Below are positions 7,739 to 13,994 of a DNA stretch of 13,994 nucleotides, piece by piece; the stretch's first letter is position 1, and each line of letters starts with the position of its first letter. A program made the translations under genes and the position numbers. This DNA is from Gemmatimonadota bacterium (lineage in GTDB: Bacteria; Gemmatimonadota; Gemmatimonadetes; Palauibacterales; Palauibacteraceae): NCBI GenBank assembly GCA_046758745.1, contig JBHIAV010000061.1:1-13994 (forward strand), read 5' to 3'. The notes under the pieces are model-generated. The model saw only the letters and a program-made list of their open reading frames with translations, was not told the DNA's origin and searched no databases.

Positions 7739-8583
7739 ATCACCTCCCACCCGTCGCGCATCGCGCCGGGGCCGGCGGGCGCGGCCGGCTCGAAGAGGTC
7801 CTGCAGGGTGAGCGCCCCGGTGGGACACACCTTCTCACACTCCCCGCACGCGACGCACGTGCTGCGGCCCATCGGGTCGTCGAGGTCGAAGCCGATCCGC
7901 GTGGCGTACCCTTTTCCGGTGCGCCCGATCACCTGGTTCACCTGGATGTCGTCGCACGCCCGGATGCACCGGTCGCAGAGGATGCATGCCTGATGGTCCA
8001 CCCGGATGACCGGCGAGGAGGGGTCGATCGGCCGCCCGCCGCCCGCCGGGATCCCTCCGACCGGCCGGGTGCGCCCGCCGAGCGCGAGCTCGGCGACCGG
8101 CGGTCCGCCCACACCCCCGGGCGCCCTCTCGGGGCGCCTGCCGTCACGGTCCCCGCGGGCCGGCACGCTACCGGGGTGGGCGTCCCCGCCCGCGCGGTCG
8201 TGCGCGATCCCGTAGCGACGCGCCAGCTCGAGAAGCTCGTCCGCACCCGTCTTGAGCCTCGCCTCTCCATCGACCGGATAGTCGGAGAGAAGGAGCTCGA
8301 CGAGCCCGCGCCGGCACGCCTCGATCTTCTCGCTGGTCGTCTCTACGGACATGCCGGCCTCGGCCTTCCGGATGCAGGCGGCGGTGAGCCGCTTCTCGCC
8401 GACATCGACGAGGCAGAGCCGACATACCCCGACGGGGGCCAGTCGCGGATCGTGGCACAGCACGGGGATGTCGATCCCGAGGGCCCGCGCCGCATCCCAG
8501 ATCGTGGAGCGGGCGGACACGTCGACCTCCCGCCCGTCCACCGTCAGGCGGATGGTCTCCCTCGCCGTCGGGCTATCGCTCAT
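7735..8583 (-). CDS. FDH iron-sulfur subunit ([2Fe-2S] plus 2x[4Fe-4S]); detached N-terminal part of an FDH1/FdsA-type alpha subunit, 282 aa
   Basis: IPVLCH...GVCRLC...AAC [2Fe-2S] motif (C43, C54, C57, C70); CILCDRCIRAC and STCVACGECEKVCPTGAL. The NuoG N5-type HxxxCxxC motif is absent, as I recall for Methylorubrum FDH1 alpha. ATGA overlaps at both ends. Confidence 0.93.
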   Translation of the reverse strand: MSDSPTARETIRLTVDGREVDVSARSTIWDAARALGIDIPVLCHDPRLAPVGVCRLCLVDVGEKRLTAACIRKAEAGMSVETTSEKIEACRRGLVELLLSDYPVDGEARLKTGADELLELARRYGIAHDRAGGDAHPGSVPARGDRDGRRPERAPGGVGGPPVAELALGGRTRPVGGIPAGGGRPIDPSSPVIRVDHQACILCDRCIRACDDIQVNQVIGRTGKGYATRIGFDLDDPMGRSTCVACGECEKVCPTGALTLQDLFEPAAPAGPGAMRDGWEVI

Positions 8584-10256
8584 GGCGTACCTTGCGGCGC
8601 GCCTTCCCTCGTCCGCGTCGCCAGCGTGGTGCCGGGGTCCGGACCCTCACGGCGGGGAACCTCCTCGGGCCAGTGCTCCGCTGCGGAGAGGAGCGGGTTG
8701 AGCGCCACGTAGCCCAGCCCGCAGATCGACGTCTCGGAGAGGAGGAGGTCGAGCTTCTCGATCGTCTCCCAGTCCAGCGGCTCGCCGGACTCCATCGTCT
8801 GCGTCAGCATGGCGACGGCCTTCGCGGTTCCGTCGCGACACGGGACGCACTTTCCGCACGACTCGTTTCGGAAGAAGCGAACCACGTTGGCGGCGAGCGG
8901 GAGCATGGGCGTGCCCTCGGCGACCACCACGAGGGCGCCCGATCCCATCATGCTCCCCGCGTCGGCCAGCGACCCGAAGTCGATCGCCACGTCGGCCCGG
9001 TCGGCCGGGAGGAAGCGGGAGGAGGCGCCGCCGGGCGCGAACGCCTTCAGCGTCCGTCCACCGCTCACCCCACCCGCCACATCGATGAGCTCCGCGACCG
9101 GCGTGCCCATCGGGATCTCGTATACCCCCGGTCGCTCGACGTGGCCCGAGACGGCCATGAACTTGAGGCCCGCGTGGCCGTTCTTCCCCTGCGCCATCCA
9201 CCACGATGCGCCGCGCAGCGAGATGGCAGGCACGAAGGCGAAGGTCTCGACGTTGTTCATGAGGGTGGGCCGGCCCCACAGCCCGTGCTGGCCCGGGAAG
9301 GGAGGCTTGTTGCGGGGCTCGCCCCGGCGGTCCTCGAGTGCCTCGAGGAGGGCCGTCTCCTCACCCAGGATGTAGCCGCCCGGCGAGACGAAGATGTCGA
9401 GCTCGAAGTCGAAGCCGGAGCCCAGGATGTCCCGGCCGATGAGGCCGGCCTCCTCGACCCGGGCGAGCTCGGCCTCCAGAGCCTCGCGCGCGGACCGGTA
9501 CTCGTGCCGCACATAGATCGTCCCCCGGGAAGAGCCCACGGCGAAGCCGCCCAGAAGCATGCCCTCGATCACCAGGTGAGGGAGCTCCTCGAGGATGACC
9601 CGATCCTTGAAGGTGCCGGGCTCGCTCTCGTCTGCGTTGCAGATCACGTACTTCGGGCTCGCCGCCTCCGCCCGCACCAGCTCCCACTTGCGTCCCGTCG
9701 GGAAGCCGGCACCCCCCATCCCGCGTAGCCCGCTCTCCGTGAGAGCCGCCAGGAGGGCCTCGAGGGCTTCGGTGCGATCGGGGGTCTCGAGGAGCGCCCG
9801 CAGCGCCCCGTATCGCTCGCCGGGGCCGGCGTACGGGTCGCACCTCCACCGGCGGGTGGGCGGAGCCGCGCGTTCGAATCGGCCGCCACGCACCCGGGCG
9901 GCGAGGACGGACGGGTCGTCGGCCCTCGCCGGGGTTCCGTTCACGCGCACCGCCGGGGCGAGCTCGCAGCAACCGAGGCACGACGCCTCCTCCAGGCGGA
10001 CATCGGGTGAAGACCGGAGCGCAGAGCGGATCCGGGCGGCGAGCCCCTCTCCGCCGTTGAGGAAGCAGCTCATGTCGCGGCACACCGAGACGGTGATCGG
10101 CGCCGGAGGCTCGGTGAGGAAGTGAGGGTAGAAGGAGACGAGCTCCTGGAGTCGGTAGAGGGGAGCTCCCAGGCGCGCCGCAAGCTCTTGCAGGGAGTCG
10201 CTGTCCAGGAATCCCTGCTCGGCCTGCCGCGCCTCCAGCTCGTGGATTAGCCTCAT
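8580..10256 (-). CDS. NAD+-dependent FDH beta/diaphorase subunit, NuoE-NuoF fusion (558 aa)
   Basis: NuoE-like LVSFYPHF, CRDMSC...CLGCC [2Fe-2S]; NuoF-like SGLRGMGGAGFPTGRKW, CNADESEPGTFKDR, YILGEETAL, NNVET; [4Fe-4S] motif ESCGKCVPCRDG...SICGLG. Confidence 0.95.
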   Translation of the reverse strand: MRLIHELEARQAEQGFLDSDSLQELAARLGAPLYRLQELVSFYPHFLTEPPAPITVSVCRDMSCFLNGGEGLAARIRSALRSSPDVRLEEASCLGCCELAPAVRVNGTPARADDPSVLAARVRGGRFERAAPPTRRWRCDPYAGPGERYGALRALLETPDRTEALEALLAALTESGLRGMGGAGFPTGRKWELVRAEAASPKYVICNADESEPGTFKDRVILEELPHLVIEGMLLGGFAVGSSRGTIYVRHEYRSAREALEAELARVEEAGLIGRDILGSGFDFELDIFVSPGGYILGEETALLEALEDRRGEPRNKPPFPGQHGLWGRPTLMNNVETFAFVPAISLRGASWWMAQGKNGHAGLKFMAVSGHVERPGVYEIPMGTPVAELIDVAGGVSGGRTLKAFAPGGASSRFLPADRADVAIDFGSLADAGSMMGSGALVVVAEGTPMLPLAANVVRFFRNESCGKCVPCRDGTAKAVAMLTQTMESGEPLDWETIEKLDLLLSETSICGLGYVALNPLLSAAEHWPEEVPRREGPDPGTTLATRTREGAPQGTP

Positions 10257-10305
10257 CGCGCCCCGCTCGTCGGACGGATGCCCGGCTCATTGCTGATGCC
10301 CGTGC

Positions 10306-10334
10306 ATCTTAGAAGACGGGGGACGCCTTCACAA
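10306..10334 (-). promoter_or_regulatory. Putative sigma70 promoter of the fdh operon
   Basis: Minus strand TTGTGA-N17-TAAGAT, about 50 nt upstream of ATG 10256 and immediately after a terminator-like hairpin. Confidence 0.6.
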
Positions 10335-10357
10335 CGTCGGCTGTGGAGCTCCTTCGG

Positions 10358-10410
10358 AAAAGCAGGAAGGGCCGCCACCCCGGCGAGCCGACGGCTCGTC
10401 CGGGCGGTCC
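10358..10410 (-). terminator. Putative intrinsic terminator after the small ORF
   Basis: Extended GC hairpin centred on CGAGCC-N3-GGCTCG (10384-10398) with flanking CCGG/CCGG pairing, followed on the minus strand by TTCCTGCTTTT. Confidence 0.5.
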
Positions 10411-10435
10411 TATGCCTCCCGCACCGGGATCCTGA

Positions 10436-10588
10436 TCAGAACCGGCGCAAGACCTCGCGCCACCCCGCGAGCCCGTATCTGAACGGAGTGGGGAAGCTCT
10501 CCCCCTCCGCAGCGGATCGCTGCCGACGTGCCGGCCTCAGGGCCGCAAGGATCGCGAGCGTCGCGATGACCGTCAGCGCGTCCAGCAT
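10436..10588 (-). CDS. Putative 50-aa small protein with hydrophobic N-terminus (not in ORF track)
   Basis: Translated by hand: MLDALTVIATLAILAALRPARRQRSAAEGESFPTPFRYGLAGWREVLRRF. Strong GGAGGAGGT Shine-Dalgarno upstream and a terminator-like hairpin downstream. Confidence 0.55.
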   Translation of the reverse strand: MLDALTVIATLAILAALRPARRQRSAAEGESFPTPFRYGLAGWREVLRRF

Positions 10589-10661
10589 CTCACCACCACC
10601 TCCTCCGTTCCTCCCCGACTCCGTGCGGGGGCAGCCACGCCTCTACTCTTCTCTCAACCTC

Positions 10662-10690
10662 TTAACGGGTTCCGGGAGCCCCCGGTTTCC
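10662..10690 (-). promoter_or_regulatory. Possible ECF-sigma promoter for the small ORF
   Basis: Minus strand GGAAAC-N17-CGTTAA resembles the ECF AAC...CGT consensus, about 75 nt upstream of ATG 10588. Confidence 0.35.
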
Positions 10691-10810
10691 ACCCTCAACG
10701 CGTTCAAGCCGCCTTGTCGTAATGGCGCCTGCACTTGACAGGTCGGCGGACGCACGACCGACCGATCCGTCCCTTATGCAGGCATGGGCGGGCCGCTCGG
10801 CCGGGGACCC

Positions 10811-11725
10811 TCACGGCTCGACGCGAAGACCGAGACCGAGGAAGTCCTCGTCCTCCGCACGCAGCTGGCCGATCGGCGAGGGGCCGAAGTGACCCCGAGC
10901 CTCGAGGCGAAGCGCGGTCCCGCCGATCCGGAAGGCGACTCCCGCCGTCCCGGTTCCGGCCACGCGCTCCGCCTCCGTGGTGACCTGGAAATCGGTCGCC
11001 GCGAAGGGCCATGCGAAGCCGCGCTCCGCCCCGAAGCCGGGATTCCACTCGAGGCCGAAGCGGCCGGCCGCCCGCTCCACCCCGGAATTCGCGTGGAAGT
11101 TGTAGTCGGCACCGCCGTACAGCCGGAGCGAGGGGCCGAACCGAAGGGCCAGGAGCCCCTCGAAGCCGTCCCGGGTCACCTGCTGCTGCGGCCTGGGGAA
11201 CCGGGCGATGAACTCGTCCCCGATGTGGGAGCTGACGTGCAGGATCGTCGCCCGTCCCTCCCATCTGCCGCCACGCAGGGAGAGAGGGACGCCCACGCGG
11301 AAGTCGGTGTTGATCAGGTCCTTCTCCGAGGTCTCCATGGAGAAGCGCGAGAACATTCCCACCTCGAAGCCGATCACCACGGCGGCTCGGCCCGGGGCCT
11401 CGCCCTGAAGGCGCACCACGGGGATGCGGTGACCGATCGCCACCTCCGCCTCGACGCTCCTGCCCTCGAAGTCCGAGTCCGGCCGATCGGCGAGCAGGAT
11501 GGAGCCGCGGAACCCGACCTCACGGGGGGCGGCGAGAACGGGGGCGAAGGCGGCGGACTGCGGGAACCACCGCACCCCGGCGGAGGCCGCGGGTTCCTCC
11601 GATTCCGAGTGGCCCGCCCCCCTGGGCGCGTGCGCTTCCTGCTCGGCCTCGGCGCTGGACGCACGGATCAGGAAGGCGAGGGCGACGATCGACGCGCGCG
11701 CCGCGGTTCGTCGGGGGCAGGTCAT
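10811..11725 (-). CDS. DUF1207-family exported / probable outer-membrane protein (304 aa)
   Basis: Signal-peptide-like N-terminus (RRTAARASIVALAFLIRASSAEA); family-like motifs FAPVLAAPRE, DLINTDFRVG, HVSSHIGDEF; alternating amphipathic beta strands ending FLGLGLRVEP. Confidence 0.8.
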   Translation of the reverse strand: MTCPRRTAARASIVALAFLIRASSAEAEQEAHAPRGAGHSESEEPAASAGVRWFPQSAAFAPVLAAPREVGFRGSILLADRPDSDFEGRSVEAEVAIGHRIPVVRLQGEAPGRAAVVIGFEVGMFSRFSMETSEKDLINTDFRVGVPLSLRGGRWEGRATILHVSSHIGDEFIARFPRPQQQVTRDGFEGLLALRFGPSLRLYGGADYNFHANSGVERAAGRFGLEWNPGFGAERGFAWPFAATDFQVTTEAERVAGTGTAGVAFRIGGTALRLEARGHFGPSPIGQLRAEDEDFLGLGLRVEP

Positions 11726-11820
11726 AGGCAGGTTCCCGTTGGGCGTGCCACTTGTGCGGGCGCGAGAATGTGGGGAGTGTACCGCGCGTCCACAACGCCT
11801 CGCGGAGTCATCGCGTGCGC

Positions 11821-13464
11821 ATGACTGCAAACCACGGATCCCGATCGACGAGCCCGGCCCGGGCCGGCTCCCTCGCGGAATGGTTGCTCCGACAGGGGCT
11901 GCTCCGTGGCCCGTTCCTCTTCGTCGACTACTGGGCGAGCGTGCTCCGTTTCGCCGGAGCCGTTCCGGAGGAACAGATACGGGTCGGGCTGGTGGATGAG
12001 ACGCTCTTCCGTCTCGGGCTCGACCGACCGGACCTCGAGGTGCCGCGGCTGCGCTACTACCTCCTCCTCTTCCTCGTCGGCCCGCTGCTCCTGCCCTTTC
12101 GTTTCTTTCGACGGCTCGGCCGCTACCGGATCCGCTTCCGTCGCGCGGTCGGGGACGAGGTGCTGAGCGCCCTTCGACGCTATCGGCTCTCTCTCGTGCC
12201 GTCGGGACGCGGGCGGGTGGATGTGAGCAAGGACGGGATCGAGCTGGCCGATGACGTCCTCGACCCCTACCTCATCGCCGGCTTTGCCAGCCCCTTCTTC
12301 GCGGCGTACAAGCTCCCGCTGGCCTCGCTGTCGGGGATCCTCCTCGTGGCGGCGCTCGTCCTCCTTCTCGGCTCGACCGGATCGCTCGGCCCCGTCGGCG
12401 ATCACCTGCTGCTCGCGGGCTTCCCTCTCCTGGTGATCGCGCTGTACGCGGTATATCGGGAGTGGGTCACCGCGGTCCTCGGAGCCACGCCGGTCCTCCT
12501 CGGGGCGGTGCTCGTCGATGTCCTCCGCTTCGACGTCTCGCAGGATTGGGTCCCCTTCCTCGGAGCGCTCGGCGGCCTCTTCGCCGTCTATCTGCTGATC
12601 GATTGGTTCTTCATGCCACGGCCGGTGCCGCCGGTGCTCTTCCTGTACTGTGCAGACGGGCCCGGACGGCCGTACCGGCGACAGGGCGACGCTCCCTACT
12701 GGCTGACGGGGAGGGTGTACTGGGTGTGGCGGTACCTCATGCTGACCCCGGCCGAGCTGAATAAGTTCTGGGAGCGCGACTGGGAGCGCGTGGAGCTGTG
12801 GATCCGGGCTGATGGCCCGACGGCGGGCGCCCTCGAGTGGGTGGTGACCGATGCCCACTATCGCGAGCTCTGGATTCCGTACGAGAAGCTCGGCTTCGAG
12901 CCTTCGTTGGCTCGCAACCGCATCGCGGCCGTGCGGGCCGCGCAGGATGCGAGCGCGGGGACGTGGCTGTTGGAGGTCGACGCGAACCAGCTCTTCCACT
13001 CGCCGTTCTTCCGCGCGGTCTCCTTCCTCCCGGAGAGGGGACGGATCCCCGTGCGCCGCGTGGGACACATGGTGAAGGCCCTGTGGAAGCAGGCCCGTGA
13101 CGATCGAGTGGACGACTACCTGGAGATCCTCGAGCGGCTGCAGGTGAGGGAAGGGGTCGACATCCTGGAGGACGTGCCGGAGCTGATCGCGCACCTCACG
13201 GCGCGTCACATGCTCTCTCAACCGTGGCGGTACTGGCGTTACCCGCTGGGCGCGAACCGCCGGCTCGAGAGCCGGCTCTACGAGGGGCCGGGAACACGGG
13301 AGCGGGCGCCAGCCGCCGCGCCGGAGCTCCAGATCAAGGCGATGGTCGGCGTCGGACCGCCGGGCCGGGAGGCCGTCGATGACGGGATGGGTGGTGCCGG
13401 CCGTGCGCAGGGGGCGGAGCTAGCCGAGCCGACGGCGAAGCGGCCGGGGCAGGAGGAGCGATGA
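11821..13464 (+). CDS. Hypothetical multi-pass membrane protein (547 aa) with C-terminal Trp-rich DWE-motif domain
   Basis: Long ORF with typical high-GC3 codon use; about 5 hydrophobic segments in the N-terminal half; soluble domain with YWVWRY...ERDWERVELWI...WVVTDAHY; stop overlaps the lrp start (ATGA). Start codon uncertain. Confidence 0.85.
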   Translation: MTANHGSRSTSPARAGSLAEWLLRQGLLRGPFLFVDYWASVLRFAGAVPEEQIRVGLVDETLFRLGLDRPDLEVPRLRYYLLLFLVGPLLLPFRFFRRLGRYRIRFRRAVGDEVLSALRRYRLSLVPSGRGRVDVSKDGIELADDVLDPYLIAGFASPFFAAYKLPLASLSGILLVAALVLLLGSTGSLGPVGDHLLLAGFPLLVIALYAVYREWVTAVLGATPVLLGAVLVDVLRFDVSQDWVPFLGALGGLFAVYLLIDWFFMPRPVPPVLFLYCADGPGRPYRRQGDAPYWLTGRVYWVWRYLMLTPAELNKFWERDWERVELWIRADGPTAGALEWVVTDAHYRELWIPYEKLGFEPSLARNRIAAVRAAQDASAGTWLLEVDANQLFHSPFFRAVSFLPERGRIPVRRVGHMVKALWKQARDDRVDDYLEILERLQVREGVDILEDVPELIAHLTARHMLSQPWRYWRYPLGANRRLESRLYEGPGTRERAPAAAPELQIKAMVGVGPPGREAVDDGMGGAGRAQGAELAEPTAKRPGQEER

Positions 13465-13916
13465 CCTACAAGGACCTGGACGTTCGCCTCATCGAGGCCC
13501 TCAAGGCGGATGGCCGGCGCTCACTGCGTCAGCTCGCCTCGCTCCTCGGCGTCTCGATCAGCACGGTGGGCCACCACCTGAAGGACTTGCAGGAGCGCGG
13601 AGTCATCAAGGGGTTCAAGCCCGTGATCGACTACGGTGAGCTGGGCTTCGGTCTGCTGGCCGTCACGCGGATCAAGGCGCGAGGGGAGGCGCTGCCGGCG
13701 ATCGTAGCGTCACTCGTCAAGCACCCTCATCTCACACACGTGTACGAGATCACCGGCGAGTTCGACGTGATGGTGATCGGTCGGTTCCGGGACGAGACAG
13801 AGATGAACCTCGAGATCAAACGCATGCTCAATCTCCCGGGTGTGGAGGGGACGAACACCTCCGTCGTCCTGTCCGCTCCGAAGGAGCAGGTGGACGTGGA
13901 GCTCACCGCGGAGTGA
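13461..13916 (+). CDS. lrp: Lrp/AsnC-family transcriptional regulator (151 aa)
   Basis: HTH LDVRLIEALKADGRRSLRQLASLLGVSISTV...GVIKGF; RAM domain VYEITGEFDV...TNTSVVL; AGGAGG RBS. Confidence 0.95.
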   Translation: MTYKDLDVRLIEALKADGRRSLRQLASLLGVSISTVGHHLKDLQERGVIKGFKPVIDYGELGFGLLAVTRIKARGEALPAIVASLVKHPHLTHVYEITGEFDVMVIGRFRDETEMNLEIKRMLNLPGVEGTNTSVVLSAPKEQVDVELTAE

Positions 13917-13952
13917 AGGCGGCGGGTCGAGGTGCAGCTCACGGGCGAGTGG
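13881..13952 (+). repeat. Degenerate 36-bp tandem duplication of the lrp 3-prime end
   Basis: 13881-13916 (KEQVDVELTAE*) versus 13917-13952 (RRRVEVQLTGEW): 25/36 nt identical by hand alignment, 20/27 in the core. Confidence 0.55.
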
Positions 13953-13994
13953 GGGCGGTCGGCACCCCAGCGCAGCCGGCCGGTGCCCGAGTGG

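Noticed and set aside
5516-7993. 825-aa plus-strand ORF and other long antisense or alternate-frame ORFs (1777-3396, 7486-8712, 8592-9728, 10784-11824, 11722-13221)
   Set aside because: Shadow ORFs overlapping motif-supported genes; expected at high GC3 and without recognisable motifs.
10257-10435. Moco/Wco riboswitch upstream of the fdh operon
   Set aside because: No recognisable conserved motif; the hairpin is better explained as a terminator and the predicted leader is only about 45 nt. An Rfam cmscan would settle it.
10278-10892. 204-aa plus-strand ORF in the intergenic gap
   Set aside because: Low-complexity Ser/Pro/Arg composition, no RBS, overlaps the DUF1207 gene end and the minus-strand signals.
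11735-11760. Sigma54 promoter between DUF1207 and the membrane protein gene
   Set aside because: TGGCAC is present on the minus strand but there is no correctly spaced TTGC; the plus-strand candidate has GT instead of GC at -12.

Overview
GC-rich bacterial respiratory region; no RNA genes, CRISPR arrays or mobile elements were recognised. From left to right: (1) a Cys-ligand Rrf2 regulator, divergent from a five-gene A1-type heme-copper oxidase operon (subunits II, I, III-a, III-b, IV); (2) a small hypothetical gene; (3) a convergent NAD+-dependent Mo/W formate dehydrogenase operon resembling Methylorubrum FDH1 (NuoE-NuoF fused beta subunit, alpha subunit split into two genes); (4) an unannotated 50-aa ORF; (5) a DUF1207 protein; (6) a membrane protein with a DWE-motif domain, translationally coupled to an Lrp regulator that resembles haloarchaeal Lrp. 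Two observations stand out. First, at the split point of the FDH alpha subunit the catalytic chain starts with an apparent NRPS/PKS-type TubC_N (beta-hairpin) docking domain, and the upstream Fe-S chain ends in a flexible tail with a docking-peptide-like end (DGWEVI), suggesting assembly-line docking parts re-join a split redox enzyme. Second, oxidase subunit I has intact metal ligands and D-channel, but three K-proton-channel residues are replaced by bulky hydrophobic ones (S299F, T359F, K362L, R. sphaeroides numbering). All family assignments come from motif recognition and remembered reference sequences, not database searches.
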